From NCBI GenBank assembly GCA_965203515.1, contig OZ241907.1:3360001-3424000 (forward strand): a stretch of 64,000 nucleotides of DNA, in the 5' to 3' direction. The notes below the pieces were generated by a model. It was given only the letters and a program-made list of their open reading frames with translations. It was not told the origin of the DNA and did not search any database. Of the stretch, positions 37,326 through 47,116 are shown one piece after another. Positions within the stretch are counted from its first letter, which is position 1. Every line of letters starts with the position of its first letter. Source of the DNA: Spirochaetia bacterium. GTDB lineage: Bacteria > Spirochaetota > Spirochaetia > SZUA-6 > Bin103. A program made the position numbers and the translations under genes.

Positions 37326-38761
37326 CCGGCGCCGCCGCTTCCGGCAACGTCGCCGCGCGAACGTTCCCGGTGCTGCATCGCCAGCAGGTTCTCCGCCATG
37401 CGCAGCAGCGCGTCCGCGTCGTCCACCCCGCGCGCGAGCGACGAGTAGCCCACGGCCAGCTCCGGCCGCGCGCCTCCGCAGTCGTCCGGCGCGGCCGGTT
37501 CCGCCGCCCAGCGGAGCAGGTCGAGCGCGAACAGCGCCGCGCCGTCGAAGTCGAGGCCGGGACAGACCACCGCCAACTGCCCGTCGTGCTTGTAGTGGAA
37601 GCAGCGCGCCGCCCCGGCGGCGATCCCCCGGGCCGCACGGAACACCGCTTCGATCACCCGGTCGCCGTGCTCCGCCCCGGCGTCGCTCACCAGCCGGTGA
37701 TAGTTGCCGATCCGGATCAGGATCACGCTCAGGGTGCCGCCGCCGGCCGCGCACGCGGCCACCTCCGCCGGCAGTACGCGGTCGAGTTGCTCGAACAGCG
37801 GATAGCCGGTGTACGCCGAACGATCGGCCGGCGCAAGGCCCGATTCGTACGCGATCGCCTGCTCCAGCGGCGCGGCCGCGACCGCCGCGGTCAGCAGGAG
37901 CAGATGCTCCGTGTGGGCGTTGAACCGCTCGAACGGCAGGCGTTCGACGTCGATCACCCCCCACGCGCGCGCGCCGGCGCGCAGCGGCGCCGCATAGACC
38001 ACCGCGCCGCGGTCTGCGCGCCGCAGCGTCTCGTAGCGCGTCAGGTGCTTGGCGGAGAAGAGCCGATCGTTGCGCAGCACCCATCCCTCGATGCTGCCGT
38101 TGACCGGCAGACGGCGCTCGGCACGGTCATCGGCGTCCCCGCCGGCCGTCGCCCGGACCACCAGCTCGCCGGCGGCGGCGTCGAACTGCCAGAGTGAGCA
38201 GCGGTCCGCGCCGGTCAGCTCCGACACCGTGTCGAGCAGCACGCGCAGCGTCTCGTCCACGTTCGCCGACGACAGCTCGCGCCACCTGGAGTGGAGATAG
38301 GCCAGCGAATCGCGCTGGCCGCTCACCTGCCGTTCCAGCTCGCTCGCCGCGGCCAGCAACCCGGTGCGCTGGCGCTCCGCCACGTCGCGCGCGCGGCCAA
38401 GATCGGCCGCCTCCCGCTGCAGGCGCCGCATCCGCCGGCGCCCGGCGAAGTGGATCAGGCCGAACAGCAGCACGCCGATCACCGCGGTCAAGGCGAGCGT
38501 CGGCAGGCGGGGATCCGCGAGCGGGTCGGACGCGGCCGGTACGGCCGGGCCGATCTCCAGCCCCGCGTACGCGAGCGCGGCACCGGCGGCCAGCGCCGCG
38601 TAGCCGGGCAGCCAGCCGCGGTAGGCGGCGATCACCAGGGCCGCCAGCAGATAGGGATTGACGATGGCGTCGAGCAGCCCCGGGTCGTCGGTGACCGTCA
38701 GATCGAGCGCGAAGGCGGCGGCCGCCAGGACGAACGCTTCGATCAGGTATCGGGCGCGCAC
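37322..38761 (-). CDS. PelD-like membrane protein (4 TM + GAF + degenerate GGDEF)
   Basis: NPYLLAALVIAAYRG TM region, coiled coil, GAF (GSIEGWV...APLRAG...GVIDVE.LPFERFN), C-terminal GGDEF fold without the GGDEF motif. Confidence 0.65.
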   Translation of the reverse strand: MRARYLIEAFVLAAAAFALDLTVTDDPGLLDAIVNPYLLAALVIAAYRGWLPGYAALAAGAALAYAGLEIGPAVPAASDPLADPRLPTLALTAVIGVLLFGLIHFAGRRRMRRLQREAADLGRARDVAERQRTGLLAAASELERQVSGQRDSLAYLHSRWRELSSANVDETLRVLLDTVSELTGADRCSLWQFDAAAGELVVRATAGGDADDRAERRLPVNGSIEGWVLRNDRLFSAKHLTRYETLRRADRGAVVYAAPLRAGARAWGVIDVERLPFERFNAHTEHLLLLTAAVAAAPLEQAIAYESGLAPADRSAYTGYPLFEQLDRVLPAEVAACAAGGGTLSVILIRIGNYHRLVSDAGAEHGDRVIEAVFRAARGIAAGAARCFHYKHDGQLAVVCPGLDFDGAALFALDLLRWAAEPAAPDDCGGARPELAVGYSSLARGVDDADALLRMAENLLAMQHRERSRGDVAGSGGAG

Positions 38762-38773
38762 CGCGGGTACCGC

Positions 38774-39568
38774 TCAGGCGCGGGCCGCGGCAGCCGGCGA
38801 ACGAGCGGTGCGGCGCTGCGCTCGAAACAGGGTGCGCGGGGTCGAGCCGTCGATGAGCGGCTCGAGCTCCGCCGTGCCGTTGCCGACGATCACGTCGATC
38901 CCGTGCGCGGTCATCAGCTCGGCGGCGTCGACCTTGGACGACATGCCGCCCAGCCCCAGCGGGCTCGCCTCGCGGGAGGCGTGCGCGCGGATGTCGTCGT
39001 CGACCCGCTCGACCAACGGGATCAGGGGCCCGTGCTCGCCGCCGGCGCGCAGGCCGTCGACGTTGGTCAGGATCACCGCCAGATCGGGCTTGACGCCGAC
39101 GGCGACCAGCGCTGCCAGGATGTCGTTGTCGGTGAAGTGGCCGCGCGAGTCGAGCTCTTCCTTGTTCACCAGATCGTTTTCGTTGATCACCGGCACGATC
39201 CGGCGCGACAGGTACGCGTCCAGGATGCGCAGGATCGTGCGCTCCTCCCGCGGGGTGTCGAAATTGTAGTGCGTCAGCAGCACCTGCGCGATCTGCACGC
39301 CGTGCTCCCGAAACAGCTCCCGATAGCAGTCGGCCAGCGGAATCTGGCCGATGCCGGACAGCATCTGCAGCTCCAGCGGCTCGGCCGGGCGCTCGGCCAG
39401 CCCCACCACCTCCATGCCGGCGGCCACCGCGCCGGAGCTGACCATCAGCACCTCGTCGCCGCGGCGCAGCAGCGCGGCGATCTCGCCGACCTTGCCGCGC
39501 AGCCACGGCCGATCGAGCCGCGGTCCGGCGCCGATCGCGCCGGTGCCGATCTTGATGAGGACGCGCAT
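38774..39568 (-). CDS. proB: Glutamate 5-kinase (no PUA domain)
   Basis: LIKIGT, VSSGAVAAG, IGQ, PVINEND, DNDILAA, GGMSSKV. Confidence 0.93.
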   Translation of the reverse strand: MRVLIKIGTGAIGAGPRLDRPWLRGKVGEIAALLRRGDEVLMVSSGAVAAGMEVVGLAERPAEPLELQMLSGIGQIPLADCYRELFREHGVQIAQVLLTHYNFDTPREERTILRILDAYLSRRIVPVINENDLVNKEELDSRGHFTDNDILAALVAVGVKPDLAVILTNVDGLRAGGEHGPLIPLVERVDDDIRAHASREASPLGLGGMSSKVDAAELMTAHGIDVIVGNGTAELEPLIDGSTPRTLFRAQRRTARSPAAAARA

Positions 39569-39572
39569 GCCG

Positions 39573-40886
39573 TCAGCCCGTCCCGCCCGCCGGCGGCGCC
39601 GGCAGGTCGCGGTGATGGAAGCGGCGCGCGCCGCCGGTGTAGTCGGCGACCACGTGGCCGTCGCCCTGCAGGCGATAGGCGTAGGTGGTGAGCCCTTCCA
39701 CGCCGACCGGGCCGCGCGCGTGGATGCGCGTGGTGGAGATGCCGACCTCCGCGCCCAGCCCGAAGCGGTAGCCGTCGGCGAAGCGGGTCGAGCAGTTGCA
39801 CAGCACCGATGCCGAGTCGACCTGCGCGAAGAAGGTGTCGGCCGCCTGCCGGTCGGTGGTCACGATCGCGTCGGTGTGGGCGCTGCCGTGCCGGTTGATG
39901 AAGGCGATCGCCTCCTGCAGATCGTCCACGACCTTGAGCGCCAGAATCAGGTCGAGGTACTCGGTGTCCCAGTCGGCCGCCGCCGCCGCCGGCACGTCGA
40001 TCAGCGCGCGCACCCGCTCGTCGCCGCGCAACGCTACCTGCGGCAGGGCTTCCCGCAGCCGCGGCAGCAGCCGGTCGGCGACCGCGGCGTGCACCAGCAC
40101 CGTCTCCGCGGCGTTGCAGACCGCCGGATACTCGGTCTTGGCGTCGACGACGATCGCCACCGCCTGCTCCAGGTCGGCGGCGGCGTCGACGTACACGTGG
40201 CAGATGCCGTCGGCGTGGCCCAGCACCGCGATGCGCGTGCGGTCCTGGATGCTGCGCACCAGCTCGGGCGACCCGCGCGGGATGATCAGGTCGACCAGGT
40301 CGTCCATGCGCAGCAGGTCGTCGATCTGATCGCGGCCGGTCGCCAGGTGCAGGGCGCCGGCGAAGCGCGGGTCGGTGGCGGCCAGCGCCGCCGCTATGGA
40401 GTCGAACAGCGCCCGGTTCGACTCCGCGGCTTCCGAGCCGCCCTTGAGGATGGCGGCGTTGCCGGACTTGATGCAGAGCGAAGCGATCTGCACCAGCGCG
40501 TCGGGCCGCGACTCGAAGATCACCCCCAGCACCCCGATCGGCACGGTCACCCGCGTCAGGGTGAGGCCCTCGTCGAGCCGGCGCGCCACCTGTACCTGCT
40601 GCAGCGGATCGGGCGCCGCCGCCACTTCCTGCAGGCTGGCGTCGATCGCGGCGATCTTGGCGTCCGACAGGCCGAGCCGCTGGATGAGCGGCTGCGGGAT
40701 GCGGTCGGCGCGCGCGCGCTCGAGGTCGCGGGCGTTGGCGGCCTGAATCTCGGCGCGGTGGTCGCCGATGCGGCGGGCGATGGCGCGCAACGCGGCGTCG
40801 CGCAGCGAAGCCGGCATGGTGCGCAGCCGGCGGCCGGCCTCGCGGGCGCTGCGCGCCGCCCGCTCCATGCTCGCGGCCATGCTCAT
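39573..40886 (-). CDS. proA: Gamma-glutamyl phosphate reductase
   Basis: GVIFESRP, LKGGSEA, IPRG, GICHVY, CNAAET, HTDAI, AEVGIST...HARGPVG. Confidence 0.97.
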   Translation of the reverse strand: MSMAASMERAARSAREAGRRLRTMPASLRDAALRAIARRIGDHRAEIQAANARDLERARADRIPQPLIQRLGLSDAKIAAIDASLQEVAAAPDPLQQVQVARRLDEGLTLTRVTVPIGVLGVIFESRPDALVQIASLCIKSGNAAILKGGSEAAESNRALFDSIAAALAATDPRFAGALHLATGRDQIDDLLRMDDLVDLIIPRGSPELVRSIQDRTRIAVLGHADGICHVYVDAAADLEQAVAIVVDAKTEYPAVCNAAETVLVHAAVADRLLPRLREALPQVALRGDERVRALIDVPAAAAADWDTEYLDLILALKVVDDLQEAIAFINRHGSAHTDAIVTTDRQAADTFFAQVDSASVLCNCSTRFADGYRFGLGAEVGISTTRIHARGPVGVEGLTTYAYRLQGDGHVVADYTGGARRFHHRDLPAPPAGGTG

Positions 40887-41728
40887 CCTCCGGCCAGCGC
40901 GCGGCCGCGCGCGGCCGCCGCGGCGATCGTGTCGGCGATGACGGCGCGCAGGTCGGAGGACTCCAGCACGGCGCGGCCGGCCGCGGTGGTCCCGCCCGGC
41001 GAGCTGACCATGTCGATGAAGTCCGCGGTCTCATAGCCGCGCTCCTGCAGCAGCGCGGCGGTCCCCTTGGCGGTCTGCAGGGTCAGCGCGCGCGCCGTCT
41101 CCCGCGGCAGGCCGCAGGCCGCGCCGGCGTCGATGAACGCCTGCAGCAGCCGGGCCATGAACGCCGGCCCGGATCCCGACAGGGCGGTGACGGCGTCCAG
41201 GTCTCCCTCATCGACCTCCAGCGCCACCCCCAGCGCGCGCAACAGGCCGCCGACCGCGCGGGCATCCTCGCCGGTGGCGGTCGGGCCGCAGGCGAAGCCG
41301 GCGGCCATCTCGCCGACCACGCACGGCAGGTTGGGCATCACGCGGATCAGCCGCGCCGCCGGCAGCCGGCCGGCCAGGCGCGCCAGGGTGACGCCGGCGG
41401 CGATCGACACGACCAGCCGGCCGGCCAGGTCGACGCCGGCGGCAGCCAGCTCGGCGGCGACCGTCTCCACGTCCTGCGGCTTCACCGCCAGGAACACGAT
41501 CTTGGCCTGCGCGGCCACGGCGCCGTTGTCCGCGGCGGCCGTCGCGCCGACCGCGGCGCAGAACCGGTCCAGCCGCTCGCGCACCGGATCGTGAGCCGTG
41601 ATCGCGCCGGCCAGACCGGCGTCGCGGATGCCGCGCGCCAATCCCAGCGCCATGGTGCCGGCGCCGATGAAGCCGAGGTGAGGCCGGCGCAGGCCGGAAC
41701 GTGGGGTGGTCATCGAGTTCGCGTCCAT
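40883..41728 (-). CDS. proC: Pyrroline-5-carboxylate reductase
   Basis: GFIGAGTMA, LAVKPQ, SIAAGV, RVMPN, TALSGSGPAF, VSSPGGTT. Confidence 0.96.
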   Translation of the reverse strand: MDANSMTTPRSGLRRPHLGFIGAGTMALGLARGIRDAGLAGAITAHDPVRERLDRFCAAVGATAAADNGAVAAQAKIVFLAVKPQDVETVAAELAAAGVDLAGRLVVSIAAGVTLARLAGRLPAARLIRVMPNLPCVVGEMAAGFACGPTATGEDARAVGGLLRALGVALEVDEGDLDAVTALSGSGPAFMARLLQAFIDAGAACGLPRETARALTLQTAKGTAALLQERGYETADFIDMVSSPGGTTAAGRAVLESSDLRAVIADTIAAAAARGRALAGG

Positions 41729-41741
41729 CCGGGTGAGCGAC

Positions 41742-43082
41742 TCAGGTCGCCTGACGTGGATCGATCATGAGGACGCGCGAGCCGCGCTGACGATCATAGA
41801 GGCTGCGCCGGGCGGCCGGCAACGCGGTCGGCTCGGCGTCCCGGAAGCCGAGTTCCCGGAAGAAGTCGATAGCCTGCGTGGTGAGCACGAAGATTCTGCG
41901 CGCGCCGCGGTCGCTCGCCCGGCGCAGCAGCAGCTCCACCAGGCGGCGGCCGACGTTGGCGGCGCGGTGCGGCGGGTTGACCGCCAGGCCGACGATCTCC
42001 GCGTCGCCGCCGCCCAGGTGGTCGAGCCCGCTGCACCCCTGGATGGTGTCGTCGACGCGGTAGACCACCCAATCGTCGATCGCCGCGCCGATCCGCTCCG
42101 GCGAGCGCGGCACCAGCAGGCCGCCAGTGACCAGCGGTTGCAGCAGGCTCATGATGGCCGGCACGTCCTCCGGGGCGGCGGCGCCGAAGTCTGAGAAGCG
42201 GTTGGCGTACACCATCGTGCCGGACCCGCCCACGGAGAAGACCTCCTCCAGGAGCAGCCCGTCGCGCGTGCCGTCGATCACGTGCACGCGCTCCACGCCG
42301 GCGCGGCAGGCGGCGATCGCCAGGCGGAGCATCGCCCGCGCGTGCGCGTCCAGACCGGAATCCTCGGCGGCGGCCAGCGCGGCCGCTTCATCCGCGGTCA
42401 TGGTCGAGTAGGCGCCGGACGCGCGTAGTGGGGCGCCCGCCGGCCGCCGGGGCCGATCGGCATCGGAACGATCGGGCGCCCGAATGCCGGGCGCCGCCGC
42501 GGCCACGAACAGCTTGGCGGCCTGCAGGCCGGCGGCGACGGCCACCGCAAGGTCGTCGCTTGCCAGATTGTAGGCGGTGCCGACCCCGTTCCAGCCGATG
42601 GTGGTGATGATCGGCACCACCTCGCGGTCGATCAGCGCGCGGATGAGGGCGGCGTCGACCCGCTCGACGCGGCCCGAGCGGTCGTAATCGACGCCGTCGA
42701 CCACGCCGAGGGAGCGGGCGCGGACCCAGTTGCCGGAGGCGGCGTGACCGCCGCATTCCGAGAACAGCGCCATGAGCCGCGTGCTGAGCGCCGACACCGC
42801 GTGGATGACGTGTTCCATCATCGGCTCGGTGGTGACGCGCCGGCCGCGGTGGTACCGGGAGGACAGCGCCGCGCGTTGCAGCGCTCGATCGATCGCGGCG
42901 CGCGCGCCGGCGACCACCACCGCGCGGATGCCCATGCGCTGCAGCAGCACGATGTCGTGCACCAGCACCGCCGCCAGCGGCGAATCGAGCACGCGGTCGT
43001 CGATCTTGATCACGAACAGGCGGCCGCGGAACCGCGCCAGATAGCTGAGCGCGTCGCGGATCGCGCCGACCGGAGCGGTCAT
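41742..43082 (-). CDS. argA: Amino-acid N-acetyltransferase (AAK + GNAT N-acetylglutamate synthase)
   Basis: YL.RFRGRLFVIK, GVVDGVDY..SG.V, GVERVHVI, GLLLEEVF, FVLTTQA..FF.E.GF, R.SRVL. Confidence 0.9.
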   Translation of the reverse strand: MTAPVGAIRDALSYLARFRGRLFVIKIDDRVLDSPLAAVLVHDIVLLQRMGIRAVVVAGARAAIDRALQRAALSSRYHRGRRVTTEPMMEHVIHAVSALSTRLMALFSECGGHAASGNWVRARSLGVVDGVDYDRSGRVERVDAALIRALIDREVVPIITTIGWNGVGTAYNLASDDLAVAVAAGLQAAKLFVAAAAPGIRAPDRSDADRPRRPAGAPLRASGAYSTMTADEAAALAAAEDSGLDAHARAMLRLAIAACRAGVERVHVIDGTRDGLLLEEVFSVGGSGTMVYANRFSDFGAAAPEDVPAIMSLLQPLVTGGLLVPRSPERIGAAIDDWVVYRVDDTIQGCSGLDHLGGGDAEIVGLAVNPPHRAANVGRRLVELLLRRASDRGARRIFVLTTQAIDFFRELGFRDAEPTALPAARRSLYDRQRGSRVLMIDPRQAT

Positions 43083-43133
43083 GCGGCCGGCGTCCCCGGC
43101 CGCCGGCCGCCGGCGCGCCGCGGCGCAATCGCG

Positions 43134-43163
43134 TTGACACGGCATCGCTGCATCGTGTACTTA
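43134..43163 (+). promoter_or_regulatory. Sigma70-like promoter of OMP paralog 1
   Basis: TTGACA-N18-TACTTA (imperfect -10), ATG 9 nt downstream. Confidence 0.5.
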
Positions 43164-43172
43164 ACCCGCGCC

Positions 43173-43862
43173 ATGATAACCGACCGCAGCTTACGGTTCG
43201 CGCTCTGCGCCGCGCTCCTGCTGGCGCCGCTCGCCGCCCTCGCTCAGCAGCCGGGCGGCGGCACGCCGAATGACGACGGGTTCTTCGTCACCGGCAGCTA
43301 CGGCGCGTCGTTGCCGGCCGACCGGGAGATCATCGGCCCGGACAGCGCCTACACCCTCGGCGTGAAGTCCAACGTCGGCTGGCTGGGGGGCCGGTTCAGC
43401 CTGGGCTACGCCATATTCGGGTTTCGGCCCGAGGTTTCCGTCGGGTACCACACCGCGTCGGTGGCGTCCGCCACGTTCAAGCCCGGCGTCGACGGCAAGG
43501 CGTTCGCTCTGTCCGGCGTGGAGGGCGCCCTGGGCTCCATGGACTTTGCGGCAGGCGTGTACTACGGCCTCGATACCGGCCTGGGGATCACGCCATACCT
43601 CGGCGGCGGCGGCGGCATTTCGCTGGTGACGCTCAAGGCGCATGGCCACGGCGCGCCGGCAGTCGAGGATATCGATGACTCGGCGTGGGCGTTCTCCTTC
43701 CAGGGGGCCGCCGGCATCGGCGTCGCGGTCACGAAGCGGATGAGCGTCACCCTGGGCTATCGTCTGACCGGCACGCTCGAAGCGCAGACCCGGGAGCAGA
43801 GCACCCTGGCGCTGGCGCTGATCCACAGCGCCGAGTTGGGCTTCCGCTATCGCATCCGCTGA
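43173..43862 (+). CDS. Outer-membrane beta-barrel (Opa/OMP_b-brl-like), paralog 1
   Basis: Signal peptide; GYAIFGFRPE, ITPYLGGGGG, AFSFQGAAG, TLGYR, ELGFRY. Confidence 0.85.
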   Translation: MITDRSLRFALCAALLLAPLAALAQQPGGGTPNDDGFFVTGSYGASLPADREIIGPDSAYTLGVKSNVGWLGGRFSLGYAIFGFRPEVSVGYHTASVASATFKPGVDGKAFALSGVEGALGSMDFAAGVYYGLDTGLGITPYLGGGGGISLVTLKAHGHGAPAVEDIDDSAWAFSFQGAAGIGVAVTKRMSVTLGYRLTGTLEAQTREQSTLALALIHSAELGFRYRIR

Positions 43863-43906
43863 GGGCGCCGGCGCCGGGAATTCCGCGCATGGGCTGAACG
43901 TGTGAC

Positions 43907-43936
43907 TTGACACGCCGTCGCCATCGTCGATATTCT
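43907..43936 (+). promoter_or_regulatory. Sigma70-like promoter of OMP paralog 2
   Basis: TTGACA-N18-TATTCT, ATG 9 nt downstream. Confidence 0.65.
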
Positions 43937-43945
43937 CTCCCCACC

Positions 43946-44554
43946 ATGAAAACCAACCGCAGCCTCCGTTTCGCGCTCTGCGCCGGTCTCCTGCTGTCTC
44001 CGCTTGCCGCCCTTTCCGCCCAGGACATGGGAATGGGCATGGGGGACGACGGGTTCTACGTCAGCGTCAACTACGGCGCGACGTTTCCCGCTCAACTGGA
44101 CTTCGATGGTGCCAAGATAGACACCGACTTCGGTTTCCTGGGGGGTCGGCTCGGCGTCGGTTACGCCATCTTCGGGTTCCGCCCGGAGCTCTCGGGCGGG
44201 TACCGCTTGGCCAACATCAAGGGCAACATGACCAACCACAACGTGACGTCGATCGACGTGATCGGCAGCGTCTACTACGACGTCGCCACCGGCACGCCGC
44301 TCACCCCCTACGTCGGCGTCGGCGGCGGCATGTCCATGATCACGATCCGGCAAGGTCAAACGACCAACGCGCCGTCGGCCTGGGCGTTCGCGTTCCAGGG
44401 GGCTGCGGGGGTCGGGTACTCCATCACGGACAGTCTGATCGCGACGCTGGGGTACCGGTTGACCGGTACGACCGAGACCAAGTTCAAGGACGGTGAGATT
44501 CTGAAGCTGGCGCTCGGCCACACCGGCGAGCTCGGCCTCCGCTTCCGCTTCTAA
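43946..44554 (+). CDS. Outer-membrane beta-barrel (Opa/OMP_b-brl-like), paralog 2
   Basis: Signal peptide; GYAIFGFRPE, YYD...LTPYVGVGGG, AFAFQGAAG, C-terminal ELGLRFRF (terminal Phe). Confidence 0.88.
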   Translation: MKTNRSLRFALCAGLLLSPLAALSAQDMGMGMGDDGFYVSVNYGATFPAQLDFDGAKIDTDFGFLGGRLGVGYAIFGFRPELSGGYRLANIKGNMTNHNVTSIDVIGSVYYDVATGTPLTPYVGVGGGMSMITIRQGQTTNAPSAWAFAFQGAAGVGYSITDSLIATLGYRLTGTTETKFKDGEILKLALGHTGELGLRFRF

Positions 44555-44617
44555 GCGGCCGGGTTTGGCGTCCGGCCGAGCCGCCTGAGAGGCAAGGCAG
44601 CCTGAGAGCCGGACGCC

Positions 44618-45766
44618 GTGGCCGCCGCTCGTTGCTGCGTTCCCGGCCGCGGTCGACCGGCCGGTGCTCCGCTGCCGCGGCGGCGGACCCGCGCCGGGCC
44701 CCTGCCGGGGGCGGCGATCGGACCGAAAGCCGCCCGACGGCTGCTGGCGCGCGCCGACCGGCGCGAACGGCGGCGTTGCGAGTCGTTGGCGGCGCGCGTC
44801 CCGATCGCCGGCGGTCCCTTCTTGATGGGGACCGACGACCCCGACGGCTTTCCCGCCGACGGCGAGGGACCGGTGCGCGAGGTGACGGTCTCCCCGTTCG
44901 CCTGCGACGCCTTCTGCGTAACCGGCTACCGCTTTGCGAGGTTCGTCGCGGCCACCGGTTACGTCACGGAGGCGGAGCTGTTCGGCTGGTCGTTCGTGTT
45001 CCACGCGCACGTGCCGGAGGCGGTCGCCGCTGACTACGAGGTGCGCGCGGTGCCGGGCGTGGCGTGGTGGCGGGGGGTGCCGGGCGCCTGCTGGGCGCAG
45101 CCGGAGGGACCGGGCACCACGCTGGCCGGCCGGCTGGACGAGCCGGCCGTGCACGTGTCGTGGAACGACGCGGTCGCCCTGGCGCGGTTCGAGGGCGGGC
45201 GATTGCCCACCGAGGCGGAGTGGGAGCTGGCCGCCCGCGGCGGGCTGGAACAGGCGGTCTACTGCTGGGGCGACGAGCTGACCCCGGGCGGCGAGCACCG
45301 CTGCAACGTCTGGCAAGGCGCGTTTCCCGAGCGGGACGCCGCCGAGGACGGCTACGCCGGCCGAGCGCCGGTCGACGCCTTCCCGGCCAACCGATTCGGC
45401 CTGCGCAACGCCGCCGGCAACGTCTGGGAGTGGTGCGCGGACTGGTTCTCCCCCGATCACGGCCCGGATCGGGTCGATCCGCGCGGGCCGGCGCGCGGTC
45501 GCGGCAAGGTGATGAAGGGCGGCTCCTTCCTGTGCCACCACTCCTACTGCAACCGCTACCGGGTCGGCGCGCGCACCGCCAACACCCCGGACAGCTCCAC
45601 CGCCAACTGCGGCGTACGCCTGGTATTCCCGCTTCCCGCGGATTCCCCGGAGACGGAGTATCTGCTGGCGGAAGAAGCGAATGCGCGACATCTGCGCGAC
45701 TCGCTGCGCGCCGCCCGCGCCGGCGAAGCCGAACCGCGCGCGCTCAGCGACGACCGCCGGCGGTGA
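44618..45766 (+). CDS. Formylglycine-generating enzyme (sulfatase maturase, SUMF1-type)
   Basis: DGEGP, TEAE.FGWSFVF, VHVSWNDA, RLPTEAEWE, GNVWEW, KGGSFLCHHSYCNRYR (catalytic Cys pair). Confidence 0.9.
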   Translation: MAAARCCVPGRGRPAGAPLPRRRTRAGPLPGAAIGPKAARRLLARADRRERRRCESLAARVPIAGGPFLMGTDDPDGFPADGEGPVREVTVSPFACDAFCVTGYRFARFVAATGYVTEAELFGWSFVFHAHVPEAVAADYEVRAVPGVAWWRGVPGACWAQPEGPGTTLAGRLDEPAVHVSWNDAVALARFEGGRLPTEAEWELAARGGLEQAVYCWGDELTPGGEHRCNVWQGAFPERDAAEDGYAGRAPVDAFPANRFGLRNAAGNVWEWCADWFSPDHGPDRVDPRGPARGRGKVMKGGSFLCHHSYCNRYRVGARTANTPDSSTANCGVRLVFPLPADSPETEYLLAEEANARHLRDSLRAARAGEAEPRALSDDRRR

Positions 45767-47039
45767 GGGCGGCGAAGCGGTCGAAGAAGTCGGGGAAGGT
45801 CTTGGCCGTGCAGCCGGGGTCCAGGATGGTGAGGCCCGGCACGCGCAGGCCGGTCACCGCGAATGCCATCGCCATGCGGTGGTCCTGGTAGGTGCGCACC
45901 GGCGCCGGCGCGAGCCGCGACGGCTCGATGCGGAGGCCGTCCGGGCGCTCCTCCACCGAGGCGCCCAGTCTCCGCAGTTCGGCGACCAGCGCCTCGATGC
46001 GGTCGGTCTCCTGCAGGCGGATGTGCGCGACGTTGCGGATCGTCACCGGCGCGTCCGCGAACGGCGCGATCGCTGCGATCGTGGGCGTGAGGTCGGACAC
46101 CGCGTTGAGGTCGAGGTCCACGCCGCGCAGCCGCTCGGGACCGGTCACGGTGATGCCGTCCGCGTCCTCCCGCACCGCGCAGCCCATGCGCTGCAGGATC
46201 GCGGCGCAGGCGACGTCGCCCTGCGGGGAGTCGAAGGCCAGCCCGCGCACGCGCACGCTGCCGCCGGTCAGCGCGGCGGCCGCCAGGAAGTAGGAGGCGT
46301 TGGTCGCGTCCGGCTCGACGTCATAGGTGCGGCCGCGGTAGCCGGCGGCGGCGATCTCGAAGACGCCGGGCCGCGGCCGACCCACGTCGACGCCGAAGTC
46401 GCGCATCACCCGCACGGACAGGTCGATGAACGGCTCCGACGGCACCGCGCCCCGCACCACGATCGTGGTGGCGCCGTCGGCCGCCGGCGCGCACAGCAGC
46501 AGCGCCGATACCGGCTGGCTGCTGTGCGCGGCGCTCATCTCGATACGCCCGGCGGGCAGGCCCGCCGCGCGCAGCTCGAACGGCAGATGGTCGGGCGCGC
46601 CCGCGAAGCGAAAGCGAGCGCCGGCGGCGGCCAGCACCGCCGGCAGTTCGCCCATGGGACGCTCGCGCATGCGCGGCGCGCCGTCGAAGCGGTAGACGCC
46701 GTGTCCGGCCGCCGCCACCGCGGTCAGGAAGCGGGCCGAAGTCCCCGAGTAGCGCACGTCCAGCTCCGCCGCCGCCGCCGGTATGCGGCCGCCGGCGCCG
46801 TCGACGGCGATGCGCGCCGCCGCGGCATCGGGCTCGATGCCGATGCCGAGCCGCGCGAGCCCGTCCATGCACGCCTCGGTGTCGTCGCTGAACAGCGCGC
46901 CGCGGAGCGTCGACCGGCCGGCCGCCAGCGCCGCCGCCACCAGCGCGCGGTTGGTAAGGCTCTTCGAGCCCGGCACCGTCACCGTGCCGCGCACCGGGCC
47001 GGCGGCCGGCGCTACCCTGTATGCCTCGCGCGCGTCCAT
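45744..47039 (-). CDS. aroA: EPSP synthase
   Basis: VPGSKSLTNRAL, SGTSARF, RMRERPM, SSQ, VEPDATNASYF, QETDRI, YQDHRMAM, KTFPDFF. Confidence 0.97.
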   Translation of the reverse strand: MDAREAYRVAPAAGPVRGTVTVPGSKSLTNRALVAAALAAGRSTLRGALFSDDTEACMDGLARLGIGIEPDAAAARIAVDGAGGRIPAAAAELDVRYSGTSARFLTAVAAAGHGVYRFDGAPRMRERPMGELPAVLAAAGARFRFAGAPDHLPFELRAAGLPAGRIEMSAAHSSQPVSALLLCAPAADGATTIVVRGAVPSEPFIDLSVRVMRDFGVDVGRPRPGVFEIAAAGYRGRTYDVEPDATNASYFLAAAALTGGSVRVRGLAFDSPQGDVACAAILQRMGCAVREDADGITVTGPERLRGVDLDLNAVSDLTPTIAAIAPFADAPVTIRNVAHIRLQETDRIEALVAELRRLGASVEERPDGLRIEPSRLAPAPVRTYQDHRMAMAFAVTGLRVPGLTILDPGCTAKTFPDFFDRFAALTAGGRR

Positions 47040-47116
47040 GCCGTCCAGCCTACCCCGGCCGGGCGCCGGGCGGGGAGCGCTTGGCGGTCCGAGCCGCGGG
47101 ACTTAGGATTGGTCGC

